Source: Patescibacteria group bacterium
GTDB taxonomy: Bacteria; Patescibacteriota; Microgenomatia; Levybacterales; UBA12049
Assembly: GCA_038061615.1 (NCBI GenBank)
Contig: JBBTYY010000015.1
Span: 1,298-65,297, forward strand
Reading direction: 5' to 3'
Length of the DNA: 64,000 bases
Shown: positions 38,254 through 48,156 of the stretch, piece by piece
Position numbering within the stretch: the stretch's first letter is position 1
Layout of the letters: the number at the start of each line of letters is the position of its first letter
The notes under the pieces: model-generated
What the model was told of the DNA's origin: nothing
Seen by the model: only the letters and a program-made list of their open reading frames with translations
The model's database searches: none
Position numbers and translations under genes: made by a program

Positions 38254-39157
38254 TTGTTTTTCTTAAACCTTCATCAAGGTTAATTTTTGGTTTCCACTCA
38301 AGTAACTTTGTTGCTTTATCAAAAGAAACGTATTGCGATTCTATTTCTCCTTCTCTTTTATCGCTTACTTTTTTTATTTCGATTTTTTTACCGGAAACAT
38401 TGATAATTTTTTTAATTAAATCTTCAACGCTAATTATACTGTTTCCTCCAAAATTAAAAACCCCATTTTCGTCAACTTTTTTTATTTCTGTCTTGGCAAG
38501 CAGTAAGTATGCGTCAATCGCATCATCAATAAATAGATAATCTCTAATAGCCTCTCCTCCCCACATCCTGGGAGGTAAGTCCTCAAGAACACTTTTAATT
38601 GTCTTGGGAATAAGCCTTTGAAAATGCAAATCTCCCGGGCCGTAGATATTTACGAATCTTGGTATCAAAATAAAAAGATTAAGGCTCTTTGCATAGGATT
38701 GCGCAATAAGATCTGCACAGGCCTTGGAAGTTTCATATGGTCTTGTCGGTCTTGGCATATAGCTTTCAATATACGGAACCTTGTTTTTGCCGTAAACATG
38801 AGACGTAGAAGCAATTATCACCTTTTCCAATTTATTTTTTCTTGCGCTCTCTAGAATATTTAAGGTTCCCCCTATGTTTACTTTGAAAGTCTCATATGGA
38901 TTAAGCTGACCTTCTTCAACTAAAGATTCTGACGCTAAATGAAAACATATTTGTATCTTTGAATCCTTTATAAATTTATTAACAGCCGTATAATCAAGTA
39001 CATTTGAATTAAGAACTTGCTTATTGAAACTTTCTGACTTAGAAATTCCAAAAACTATAGCTCCTAATGAAGTTAAACGATCTCTTAAAGCTTTACCTAT
39101 AAATCCATTTATACCTGTTATTAGTATTCTTTTATTTTTTAAACTACTATCTTTCAT
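38213..39157 (-). CDS. NDP-hexose 4,6-dehydratase/epimerase SDR (RfbG-like second copy)
   Basis: 314 aa. ILITGINGFIG, ASTSHVYG, YETSKACADL and RFVNIYGPGDLHFQRLIPKTI parallel the RfbG-like gene at 27064..28029. Confidence 0.7.
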   Translation of the reverse strand: MKDSSLKNKRILITGINGFIGKALRDRLTSLGAIVFGISKSESFNKQVLNSNVLDYTAVNKFIKDSKIQICFHLASESLVEEGQLNPYETFKVNIGGTLNILESARKNKLEKVIIASTSHVYGKNKVPYIESYMPRPTRPYETSKACADLIAQSYAKSLNLFILIPRFVNIYGPGDLHFQRLIPKTIKSVLEDLPPRMWGGEAIRDYLFIDDAIDAYLLLAKTEIKKVDENGVFNFGGNSIISVEDLIKKIINVSGKKIEIKKVSDKREGEIESQYVSFDKATKLLEWKPKINLDEGLRKTIDWHRQYFKNLHE

Positions 39158-39159
39158 AG

Positions 39160-39987
39160 TTATTCTCTTCGGAACGCTAATCCTAAAAAGCCCGCCATAA
39201 CCTCAGCGCCTCTCAAAAGTATTATACCAGCTGTTGTAATAGGATTTTTTACAAATATTTTCCAATGTTTTATGTATGCTTTTTTGAAAGGGAAAAATTG
39301 TTTAATCGCAATATTGGGATATCGTTTCAGATATTTTCTAAAGGCTATACTATAATAATATTTCTTTTTTACCCTACTAAAGAACTTCGTTCTTCCTTCA
39401 TCGTGATAAATATAGCTTTTTATCTTTCCTATCTTACCTTTTGCCTGCATTTTATAGTGAAAATCGGAATCTTCAACTCCTACAATGGTGGTATCATAAC
39501 ATCCGATCTTTATGGCATCATTTTTTCTAAAAAATCTACAGCATTCGTTCATGCCTTCTTCGAGAACCGTGCTAACATATCTCTCCATTGCTACGCATTT
39601 GGTCCAAAACCCCTCTCCTATTGAAATTTCAGGTATGGTAAGCGCAATATAATTTTTGCTTATTAATGTATCGTAGCAATCTTTAACGACTTCTTTTGCT
39701 AAATACATATCCTGATCTATAATTAATATGTACTCTCCCTTAGCTTCTTTCATTCCTCTGTTTCTTTGAATGCTTCTTTCCGGTCCATCCTGGAAGTATC
39801 TTGCATATTTTTCGATTATCTTTTTACACCTATCTTGTTTTTCTTTGTCATAATACAAGCTATCCACTACAACAATATCTATATTTGGGTATGTCTGTTT
39901 TTTAATTGATAAAAGACACTTCTCAATAGTTTTTTCAGAATCGTAAGTTGGTATAACTACGGTTACCATAGGAAACTGTTTTTTCAT
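39160..39987 (-). CDS. GT2 glycosyltransferase
   Basis: 275 aa. VTVVIPTYDSEKTI, IVVVDS and ILIIDQDM (DxD). Confidence 0.7.
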   Translation of the reverse strand: MKKQFPMVTVVIPTYDSEKTIEKCLLSIKKQTYPNIDIVVVDSLYYDKEKQDRCKKIIEKYARYFQDGPERSIQRNRGMKEAKGEYILIIDQDMYLAKEVVKDCYDTLISKNYIALTIPEISIGEGFWTKCVAMERYVSTVLEEGMNECCRFFRKNDAIKIGCYDTTIVGVEDSDFHYKMQAKGKIGKIKSYIYHDEGRTKFFSRVKKKYYYSIAFRKYLKRYPNIAIKQFFPFKKAYIKHWKIFVKNPITTAGIILLRGAEVMAGFLGLAFRRE

Positions 39988-41120
39988 AAATCCTTTTTAT
40001 TTTTTCCCACCATTTCTATTATTTTTAAACTTTGCTTAGCTGCTTTATCCCAGGTTAAACTTTTCGCCCAGATTAAAGCATTCTTCTGAAAATCTTCATA
40101 CCTTTTTTTATTATTAAGTAGAAGCACTGATTGATTTGCCATTTCTTTAGCATTATTTTCCTTTAAAACTATTCCTGTTTTGCCATCTTTAACAGAATCT
40201 CTAAGCCCTGCAACATCATAAACAATCGAAGGAGTACTCTGACTGGCTGCTTCTATTACAACTAACCCCCAACCCTCTTTTACAGATGTGTGTAAAAGAA
40301 GATGAGCTCTCCTCATGAGCTCAAACTTTTTCTCCTGAGATACAAATCCCCAAAAAGTTATTCTGTCGGAAACGTCAAGTTTTCTTGCCATTTTTTTAAG
40401 ATAATCTATATACTTCCTATCTCCATCTCCAATGATCCATAATCTTGCCTTAGCAGCTGTGGTCAAAATGTTCTTAAACGCCATTATTGCGTCTTCTATG
40501 CCTTTTGATTTAGTTATTCTTCCGACAAAAATTAAAGTAGGGTCTTTCTCTTTTTCTACTTTTTTAATTTTTTTTGGAATTGTTAAGCCCATTGGCAATA
40601 CAGTTATACTTTTAGATTTAACGCCTTCTCTTATAAGCTCTTCCCTTGTGGAATTTGAGATGGTCAAATAAGGAATGTTTTTATAAATAAATCGAAGATA
40701 AAGACGTTCCGTTAGTCTTCCAAATAGTCCAAAAAATGGTCCGAACATTTTTACCCAAAGATTTCCAGCTACTTCGCAAATAAGAACAACTTTTTCTTCT
40801 CTTACATACCAAGGCGTAAAAAACGGTAGTCCGTGGATTTCATCAACAACAACATCAAACTTTCCAACATTATCTTTGTAATATTTGAAAGCCAGAAAAT
40901 GAGCGGAGGAAAATAGAAAACGAGCATCGGGATGACCTCTGCGAATAATTTTTACTCCATTAACTTTTTCTTCTGCGAGACAGTTAGGAAAACTACTTGA
41001 AAATTGAGCAACCTGATGCCCCCATCTTACCCAGCGTTTTGCAATTTCATGTGTAAGAATCTCCGCCCCACCAGAAGAGGGATTTTTTATATCGCGCCAA
41101 TTGAGGATTAATATATTCAT
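39984..41120 (-). CDS. GT4 (group 1) glycosyltransferase
   Basis: 378 aa. LIFVGRITKSKGIED, LLHTSVKEGWGLVVIEAASQSTPSIVYDVAG. Confidence 0.75.
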   Translation of the reverse strand: MNILILNWRDIKNPSSGGAEILTHEIAKRWVRWGHQVAQFSSSFPNCLAEEKVNGVKIIRRGHPDARFLFSSAHFLAFKYYKDNVGKFDVVVDEIHGLPFFTPWYVREEKVVLICEVAGNLWVKMFGPFFGLFGRLTERLYLRFIYKNIPYLTISNSTREELIREGVKSKSITVLPMGLTIPKKIKKVEKEKDPTLIFVGRITKSKGIEDAIMAFKNILTTAAKARLWIIGDGDRKYIDYLKKMARKLDVSDRITFWGFVSQEKKFELMRRAHLLLHTSVKEGWGLVVIEAASQSTPSIVYDVAGLRDSVKDGKTGIVLKENNAKEMANQSVLLLNNKKRYEDFQKNALIWAKSLTWDKAAKQSLKIIEMVGKNKKDL

Positions 41121-41158
41121 ACTTCAATAATCAATAAACATACGACAATAAGCAATAA

Positions 41159-41527
41159 TCATTTGCTAAGACGCAGCGTTTTAATCTTGCTCCATAAAAG
41201 ACGACTTATTTCATCTCCCAGATCTAACAGGCTTTCTTTACCTCTTTCTTGAATTAATTCTTGTTCATAAGAAAAGTAAATCAAATATTTTGTTTCTTTT
41301 GTGGAGCCTAATGCAATTTCTAGAAATCTTCTATGGTCTTGCTTGCTTATTCTTGCATAACCTTCTACTAAATTAAGCGGAATAGATAAAGCTGCCCTTC
41401 TTAATTGAGAAGTAATTCTAAATAATTCTTCTTTAGGGAAAGTTTTTGTTATTCTATAAACTTCCTTTGCTAGTTTATCTGCTTTTATTAGTATAATGTC
41501 GTTTTCCGAACCGACTCTTTTGTCCAT
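41159..41527 (-). CDS. Four-helix-bundle protein (TIGR02436 / '23S rRNA intervening-sequence protein' family)
   Basis: 122 aa. YRITKTFPKEELFRITSQLRRAALSIPLNLVEGYAR is the family signature. Flanked on both sides by non-coding spacers containing caataatca direct repeats. Confidence 0.7.
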   Translation of the reverse strand: MDKRVGSENDIILIKADKLAKEVYRITKTFPKEELFRITSQLRRAALSIPLNLVEGYARISKQDHRRFLEIALGSTKETKYLIYFSYEQELIQERGKESLLDLGDEISRLLWSKIKTLRLSK

Positions 41528-41595
41528 ATTTTAATATATGACTATAATCAAAGATCAATAATCATGGGTAGAAAAAATTATTCCTTGTTTTTTGT

Positions 41596-42345
41596 TTATT
41601 GTTTTTTGTCCTTGTCATAGTAATGTAGAATTTTTAACCTATAAAAAACTGCGGCGGTGTCCCACAACATCCAAAAAATAACTCTCCAAAAACTAGTCGA
41701 AGTTATGCTTCCTGATCCTCTAAAATTTAGTTTTATGGGAGCTTCGTAGATTCTTGTATATCCAAGCTTGTACGCTACAGCTAAAGTCTCGACGTCAAAA
41801 GCAAATTGTTTCACTAATAACCTTGGGAATACATCCCTAACTACTCTTTTTTTAAAAAACTTTAGCCCAACCTGTGTATCTCTTACATCGAATCCAAAAA
41901 GCAAATGAGTAAAAGTTCTGTATCCCCATGACAAAATTTTTCTTTGTATTGGATAGCTAACTATGGAATCCGGATGAAGTTTACTTCCTATAATAATATC
42001 TGCGTCATGCAATTTTATAAAATCAAGGAGAATCGAGATAGAAGAACTCTCTATGTCCATTCCGGCATCCATAAATCCAATTACATCTCCCTTTGCTTCT
42101 AGCATTCCCAGCCGCACAGCGTTGCCTTTACCTAGGTTTACTTTATAACCCAAGACCCTTACGTTATTATTTTTTACTTTTTTGGCTTTTTCATAGGTTT
42201 TATCCAAAAAACCGTCAACAACCACGATAATCTCATACTTGCAATCAAGCTTTGAAAGAGTTTCTGCAAGACTTTCAATATTTAAAACAATTGTTTTTTC
42301 TTGTTTATAAGCAGGGACAACTAAAGATAAAGTTTTAATGTTCAT
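41596..42345 (-). CDS. GT2 polyprenyl-phosphate sugar synthase-like (DPM1/GtrB-like catalytic domain, no TM)
   Basis: 249 aa. LSLVVPAYKQEKTI, IIVVVDGFLDKT, GKGNAVRLGM and FMDAGMDI. Confidence 0.7.
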   Translation of the reverse strand: MNIKTLSLVVPAYKQEKTIVLNIESLAETLSKLDCKYEIIVVVDGFLDKTYEKAKKVKNNNVRVLGYKVNLGKGNAVRLGMLEAKGDVIGFMDAGMDIESSSISILLDFIKLHDADIIIGSKLHPDSIVSYPIQRKILSWGYRTFTHLLFGFDVRDTQVGLKFFKKRVVRDVFPRLLVKQFAFDVETLAVAYKLGYTRIYEAPIKLNFRGSGSITSTSFWRVIFWMLWDTAAVFYRLKILHYYDKDKKQ

Positions 42346-42420
42346 ACTTTATGAATTGATTGATTTAAGATTTAAGATTTATGACTTATGACATTTTTCT
42401 TAAGCCTTACTGCATGCATC

Positions 42421-43038
42421 TTATATCTTAACGATTAAATCTTGAGGCAGGTTTCTTCGGACAAAGTCCCACGAGAACGGTGTGCCGTCAGGCATTTTTG
42501 CTTGAGCTTCTGAGTAAGGAACTCTACCTTCTTCTTCGGTATTGTATAGAGCTGTTGGAAAATTCAATAATACTGCGGGTGTTTTTGAAACTACCATAAA
42601 ACCGTGAAGAGTTTTTTTAGGAATAAGTAAAATATAAGGATCTCGATCCGCCTGCATGTGAAAAAGATTTAAAAGACCAAACGTTTCGGAATTTTCCCTG
42701 CTATCTGCAACTGCCGTAATAATTTCTCCATATGCAACTACAAACCTATCTTCCTGATTTGGGTGATAATGCCAAACGTCCTCATCGCGGGCAACGCCTG
42801 AATCAGTAACCGAAAAGTATTGCATGACAAATTCGCGATCCTGTCCATAAATTTCCAGCCAATCATTTCTTAGTGTCTCAACTAAAACGCCGGAATCATC
42901 TCTATTTATCTTAAGGGGATAAGCAATAACATCTTTAATAAGTTTTACGTGATGTTTATTTTTCAAATCTATAAATTCAATCACTGATAAATGATACCAA
43001 AATAAGGGGCGCTCTAACAAGAGCCTTGTTAAGAGCAA
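42421..43038 (-). CDS. RmlC-like cupin (NDP-4-keto-6-deoxy-sugar 3,5-epimerase family)
   Basis: 205 aa. DSGVLVETLRNDW..., HYHPNQEDRFVVAYGEIITAVADSRENSETFG and LHGFMVVS follow the RmlC pattern (RGLH..., Q.KLV.V..G, D.R..SPTFG, HGF). Confidence 0.6.
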   Translation of the reverse strand: MLLTRLLLERPLFWYHLSVIEFIDLKNKHHVKLIKDVIAYPLKINRDDSGVLVETLRNDWLEIYGQDREFVMQYFSVTDSGVARDEDVWHYHPNQEDRFVVAYGEIITAVADSRENSETFGLLNLFHMQADRDPYILLIPKKTLHGFMVVSKTPAVLLNFPTALYNTEEEGRVPYSEAQAKMPDGTPFSWDFVRRNLPQDLIVKI

Positions 43039-44351
43039 GATATGAAAGGAATAATGCTTTTTATTTTTTTAAAACTTCCATATTCTTTTATATATAAGAT
43101 AAAGAGAACAATAAGAACAACTAATGATGCCGAAAGAGAAACATTAATTACCTGAAAGAAAGTTTTGTGAAAAAGCGATATTAGAATCATCTGAGCCAAC
43201 GCACCTGCTCCTACTACGAAAGCTATCTTAGTTTTTTTAATTGACAGGAAAAAATTTACAAATACATTTAATATATTAAAAACCATAATAAAAAGTCCGT
43301 ATGTTCCTAAATACGGAGAAACTTTTGCGTATTCTCGTCCCCCTAAGAAAAAATTTATACTAATAAGCGGAAAAACGTAATAGAATGCAACTATAAAAAT
43401 AGAAGGAATAGTTACTAAAAAAAGAGCCAAATAAAAAAGGGAATTAAAATTCTGTCCCGTACTGTGTCTTTTAATAAGAAGGGGGAACATAACAGAAGAA
43501 ATTGGGCCTGTAAAATAAAATATTACCTTACCAACGAGAGAGAGTCCTCCGTACAAACCAGCATCTTGAGCACTAAAGAAATGTTTTACTAGAATAATAT
43601 CTGTTGAAATTAATGAATTTAAAGATAAAATAGCAATTGAGGCAGGCAAGGCATACTTTATCATATCTCTTAGGGGGAAGTCGATATTCCTAGAGCGTTT
43701 TCTCGCAATTAAAAAACGCAAAGGCAGAAAAGATATTAAAAAAGATACTAAGAATGCAAAAAAAACTGCCCATAAGGCACCAAATACCCTAAGCCCCAAT
43801 ATTACCAATGCTATTCCTATTGTGATCCTTAGAATCGATCCTAAAATTGAAGAAAAGGAAATGAATGGAAATTTGAGGAGGCTTTGCAGAAAGGCTGAAT
43901 TTACCACCGATAGATAAGCTAAGCTTACAATAAGACCAACTTGAATAATATACCAAACATTATCAAGATGTAAAAATTCTTTTAGAAAGATTGAGGAAGC
44001 TGTAAATCCAATAAAAATAAGTAGCGAAAAAACAAACATTAATCGCAGCAATTTAGCATATAAGTCTTTTGCTTCATTTAGTTTATTTTTTGCAAAAAAT
44101 TCTGTCGCAAATCTAATTATTATAGTGATAAGTGATTGCGCCGGAATTACAGCAAGAGTAAAAAGCGATAAAAGACTGGCGTATATTCCATAATCGGCAG
44201 CGGTAAAACTTCTTACTAGGAATAAATTTAAAATAAAAGAAAGAAAACTTGAAACTATTACGCCAATAAAAACAAATATGCTTCCGCTAATCAGCTCATG
44301 CTTGATAAGTTTTTTACCTAATCCAAATATTTTTTTATTCATATTATGCAA
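43029..44351 (-). CDS. Wzx-like oligosaccharide flippase (MOP superfamily polysaccharide biosynthesis protein)
   Basis: 440 aa with 12-14 TM helices and the typical length and hydropathy of PST-family flippases. Confidence 0.65.
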   Translation of the reverse strand: MHNMNKKIFGLGKKLIKHELISGSIFVFIGVIVSSFLSFILNLFLVRSFTAADYGIYASLLSLFTLAVIPAQSLITIIIRFATEFFAKNKLNEAKDLYAKLLRLMFVFSLLIFIGFTASSIFLKEFLHLDNVWYIIQVGLIVSLAYLSVVNSAFLQSLLKFPFISFSSILGSILRITIGIALVILGLRVFGALWAVFFAFLVSFLISFLPLRFLIARKRSRNIDFPLRDMIKYALPASIAILSLNSLISTDIILVKHFFSAQDAGLYGGLSLVGKVIFYFTGPISSVMFPLLIKRHSTGQNFNSLFYLALFLVTIPSIFIVAFYYVFPLISINFFLGGREYAKVSPYLGTYGLFIMVFNILNVFVNFFLSIKKTKIAFVVGAGALAQMILISLFHKTFFQVINVSLSASLVVLIVLFILYIKEYGSFKKIKSIIPFISCS

Positions 44352-45468
44352 TAAAATACCCTCTTAGAAAATAAGAAGTCAGAACAGCTAAAAACACCAA
44401 GGATAAAATTAGTAAGGAAACCTTAAGCAAATTGCTTTTTAGGTCACCCAAGATTATAAAAACCGGAAAAATAATCAAAAGATAGCGAGGAATAGAAGCT
44501 AATGTACCGGAAAGACTTGGTATCATAATAGCTAAAATACCAAAAATCAGATAGGATAATCTAATTTTCTTTATATTAAATACTAAAATAAAAAGAAAAA
44601 TAAAAAATAAACCGAACTCAAGTAGAGCAATAAGAGCATTATGAGTAAAAAAAGGAACTGTTGCAAAAATTTTCAGGTATCTGAAAATAACTTGAGGAAG
44701 GAGAATAACTTCTCCCCCTGATCTTCCCACTCCAAAGGCAGACAGGGAATGAATGAAAAGCAGTGGATCCCCAAACATCTTCCAAAGGTAAAATATATAA
44801 AGTAAAAGACCAGATGAAGAAAATATAATTATAGATATAAGAATTGATGCCGGAAAATTATCGCGGTCTAATTTTCTTTTCTTGTATTTCTGGCAGAATT
44901 CAATAATTATTGAGGGGAGTAAAAGAATTCCTACAAATCGTGTTGCCGAAGAAATTCCACCAAGAAAACTTCCAAGTAGAAAATTAGATTTCCTTACAAA
45001 ATAAAAAGAGACCATAATAGACGCTAGTGATAAAGATTCGGTATAAACGGATGCAAAAAAGAAACTGGTCGGAAAAAATATTAAAAATAGAACCGACCAA
45101 TTTGCTGTTTTCTCACTGTAATCTAGTTTTACAAGTTTATAAAAAAAATATAAGGCAATAAAAAAACTTAGATGTGTTATTATAAGTCCTGATATTAAAT
45201 AATTATTAAAAGAAACAAAAGATAAAAATTTAATAATTAATGGGAAAAAAGGGAAAAAAGCCTGTTGATAAATACCATATCCGTTTTCCGCAATACTCAA
45301 ATAATGCACTCCATCAAGATTTGCCCATGGCACTGGGCCAAGATAGCCTCTATTCAATGGTATTATCTTGGATAAAAACTCTATCAAAAAGAGAAATAAT
45401 CTCCAAGCTGTAAATGCTTTAAAAATAAAAAAAATTACATTTTTATCCTTTTTCCAAAACTTTTTCAT
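44344..45468 (-). CDS. Polytopic membrane protein, PIG-V/GT76-like or related GT-C mannosyltransferase-like
   Basis: 374 aa, ~10 TM. WANLDGVHYLSIAENGY...AFFPFFP resembles the PIG-V family W-D-HY-IA-GY / FFP signature. Confidence 0.45.
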   Translation of the reverse strand: MKKFWKKDKNVIFFIFKAFTAWRLFLFLIEFLSKIIPLNRGYLGPVPWANLDGVHYLSIAENGYGIYQQAFFPFFPLIIKFLSFVSFNNYLISGLIITHLSFFIALYFFYKLVKLDYSEKTANWSVLFLIFFPTSFFFASVYTESLSLASIMVSFYFVRKSNFLLGSFLGGISSATRFVGILLLPSIIIEFCQKYKKRKLDRDNFPASILISIIIFSSSGLLLYIFYLWKMFGDPLLFIHSLSAFGVGRSGGEVILLPQVIFRYLKIFATVPFFTHNALIALLEFGLFFIFLFILVFNIKKIRLSYLIFGILAIMIPSLSGTLASIPRYLLIIFPVFIILGDLKSNLLKVSLLILSLVFLAVLTSYFLRGYFIA

Positions 45469-46510
45469 AAGCCCTAACTGTTTGTTCTGCTGTTTTTTTC
45501 CAGGAAAATTTACCCGATTGCTTAAATCCCGCAGCAGAAAATTCTTTTCTTAATTTTTCATCTTCAAAAACTTCTGTTATGTCTTTTGCTATTTTATCTG
45601 AATCATATGCATCTGTATAAAAAGCCGCATCTCCCGCTACTTCAGGGATTGATCCTTCTTTAGTTGTTATAACGGGACAGCCACATGCCATTGCTTCTAA
45701 GATAGGCAGGCCGAATCCCTCATACAAACTTGGCATTATAAACACGGTTGCCAAATTATATAATACTACTAAGTCTTCTGTTTCAACAAAACCGACCCGC
45801 AAAATATTTTTATTCCCTTCAACTAATTTCTGAACTTCCAATAAATCTTGATTCCAAGGGTTGTTTTTATCAAAGTCGGATGAAACTAGAGTTTTTCCCA
45901 CCATAACCAGTGGAATCCTTGATTTTCTTGCAGCTTCCACTAATCTTGGAAGATTCTTGTTCCATGTAACATCCCCTACATACAAAGCAAACTTTTCCGG
46001 CAAATTATACTTCTCTCGAATTTTCTTAAGTCTTAAGTCATCGGTCTTAAATCTTTTAAATTCTTCTCCTGCGGCCAGATAGATAACTTCAATTTTTTTC
46101 TCACTTACGCCCGTAAATTTAATTATGTCTCTTTTTGAAGATAGTGAATCTGCAATTATTAAATTTGCTTTCCTCAGAGAGGCTTTTTGAATAAGCCACT
46201 TAAAGCCCCCCCTTACTCCTTTTGGGAAATATTTAGGAAAAACCAGAGGCGTTAAGTCATGAACAGTAACTATAGTTTTACATCGATTGAATAGCGGTAA
46301 CGTAATAAAAAATGGCTCGAAGTAAGGATAATGGATTAAATCTGTATCTTTGGATAAATTTTCTCCTCGAACAAAAAAAGTATACTTATTTTTGGGAAAA
46401 TACTTAACCAACGATCTTTTCAGATTGTTAATATAAAAACCAACCCCTCTTACTCTATGCTGAATTAAACCTTTTTTCTCGATTGGTGAAACATCAATAG
46501 CTATTTTCAT
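45443..46510 (-). CDS. GT4 (group 1) glycosyltransferase
   Basis: 355 aa. [33 protein letters not shown] (EX7E motif region). Confidence 0.75.
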   Translation of the reverse strand: MKIAIDVSPIEKKGLIQHRVRGVGFYINNLKRSLVKYFPKNKYTFFVRGENLSKDTDLIHYPYFEPFFITLPLFNRCKTIVTVHDLTPLVFPKYFPKGVRGGFKWLIQKASLRKANLIIADSLSSKRDIIKFTGVSEKKIEVIYLAAGEEFKRFKTDDLRLKKIREKYNLPEKFALYVGDVTWNKNLPRLVEAARKSRIPLVMVGKTLVSSDFDKNNPWNQDLLEVQKLVEGNKNILRVGFVETEDLVVLYNLATVFIMPSLYEGFGLPILEAMACGCPVITTKEGSIPEVAGDAAFYTDAYDSDKIAKDITEVFEDEKLRKEFSAAGFKQSGKFSWKKTAEQTVRAYEKVLEKG

Positions 46511-48156
46511 TTTCTCATTATACCAATTATACTTTTTCTTCCAAGAAATGCTAACAGTAATACCGATATAAAAAAATAGGTATAAGAGGCTATTCTAACG
46601 GAAGTGTCGAAAAAAATTAATTCAACTTCATGCATCCCGCTTGGTATTCTAATAAGTATTCTTCCGTTGTAATTATCGACTTCCTTCTTTTTACCATCAA
46701 TAAAAGATATCCAACCCGGGAAATATGCAGTGTTAATAATAATCTGACTATTTTCTTTCGCATTGATCATTAATTTATAAGACTGAGGCTTAATATTACC
46801 TATTTTAATAGAGCCCGATCCTCTAAGAAATTCAAATTTATCTTTTCTTTTTTGAGGAATTGCAACCAACCATTTTGTATTAAAAGAATTTCCGGGGCTG
46901 TTGGTTCCATCGATAAAATTTGATCTCGTTAAGTAATAAGTATCTACTCTTTTGTGGTAAAAAGGAGCCTTTGCATATCCTAAACCTAATAATATTGGAG
47001 ATAGTATGAAAATAAAAGCAAAAAGATTTTTCATCCATCCTTTTGAGACAGCATTAACGATACTTCCTCCCAAAAATGAGATAATTAAAATTGTAAGACT
47101 TAAAAATCTCCATGGAAATTGGAAATAATTAAAAAAGGGAATATTATCCCAAAACCAAGATGAATAAGGAGTCATTAAGAAGATAGCTGCAAGAAACCAA
47201 ACAAGAAAAAAAGTTAATAAAATACGATTTTTTTTATATCTAATAAGTACTAGAAATGACAGTAAAACAACTAAAATATTCACCACTCCAATTTGAAATG
47301 ACATTTGGTTTTGAATTTCCTTACCCGAAAATCCATATCCCCAGGACGGAATTACAAGCTGATAAATTTCAGGAAAGTGTTGTTTTAGATCAAATATCTG
47401 AAGGCCTGTTGCATATTTACTTTCGAAAAGTGCAGGTAACCAAAATGGAGAAGATAATCCTAAGCCAATAAACAATATTAAAATTAAATTTTTAAAATAT
47501 TCTATTTTATTTTTTTGACGGATTGATAAGAAAAGACAGTACGAAATAAAAAAAATAAAAAATAATAGAGCTAAAATATTATGAGAGAGAACAAGAAGAG
47601 AGAGAATAACCGATGAAACCACAAAAAAAATCCGGCTCTGTCTATTTGAAAACTCTGTAAAGCTCCATAAAAGTCCCGGAAATAATGCAAGACTCCATAC
47701 CTCTCCTACAGATCCTCTTACATAGATATCTACGAAATGATAAGGAGAAAAAGTATATAGAATGGAGGATATAATCGCTCCAAGATCCTTCCAAAATAAT
47801 CTTGCCCATAGATAGAAAAAAATTGCACCCACAAAACTTGCAAAAATCATGTTTAGTTTAAAAGAGTCGATAAAACTAAAGCCCAGGAAATGAAAAAATG
47901 AAGCAATATAGTTTGGGAGAGGATAAACGTAATTGAAAAGTGGTATGCCAAAACCATTATTAAAATCGGGCGCCCAGCGGGGATACAGAATTCCGCTTTC
48001 TAAAACTTTATAGAATTGTTGGAATCTTACTGTGTGATATTCTCCATCATGCGTTGGAGGAAGACCCGAGGAAAAAAGCGAAATGGAGGCAATCAATGCT
48101 CCTGCGATCACGACAAGTAGGGAAAAGTTCTTTTTTAATAAATCTATATTTTTCAT
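46507..48156 (-). CDS. PTPS-related (PF10131-like) polytopic membrane protein, putative GT-C-like glycosyltransferase
   Basis: 549 aa. N-terminal SGLPPTHDGEYHTVRFQQF...YPRWAPDFNNGFGIPLFNYVYPLP, then ~10 TM helices and a C-terminal periplasmic beta-rich domain. Paralogue of 52027..53679. Confidence 0.65.
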   Translation of the reverse strand: MKNIDLLKKNFSLLVVIAGALIASISLFSSGLPPTHDGEYHTVRFQQFYKVLESGILYPRWAPDFNNGFGIPLFNYVYPLPNYIASFFHFLGFSFIDSFKLNMIFASFVGAIFFYLWARLFWKDLGAIISSILYTFSPYHFVDIYVRGSVGEVWSLALFPGLLWSFTEFSNRQSRIFFVVSSVILSLLVLSHNILALLFFIFFISYCLFLSIRQKNKIEYFKNLILILFIGLGLSSPFWLPALFESKYATGLQIFDLKQHFPEIYQLVIPSWGYGFSGKEIQNQMSFQIGVVNILVVLLSFLVLIRYKKNRILLTFFLVWFLAAIFLMTPYSSWFWDNIPFFNYFQFPWRFLSLTILIISFLGGSIVNAVSKGWMKNLFAFIFILSPILLGLGYAKAPFYHKRVDTYYLTRSNFIDGTNSPGNSFNTKWLVAIPQKRKDKFEFLRGSGSIKIGNIKPQSYKLMINAKENSQIIINTAYFPGWISFIDGKKKEVDNYNGRILIRIPSGMHEVELIFFDTSVRIASYTYFFISVLLLAFLGRKSIIGIMRK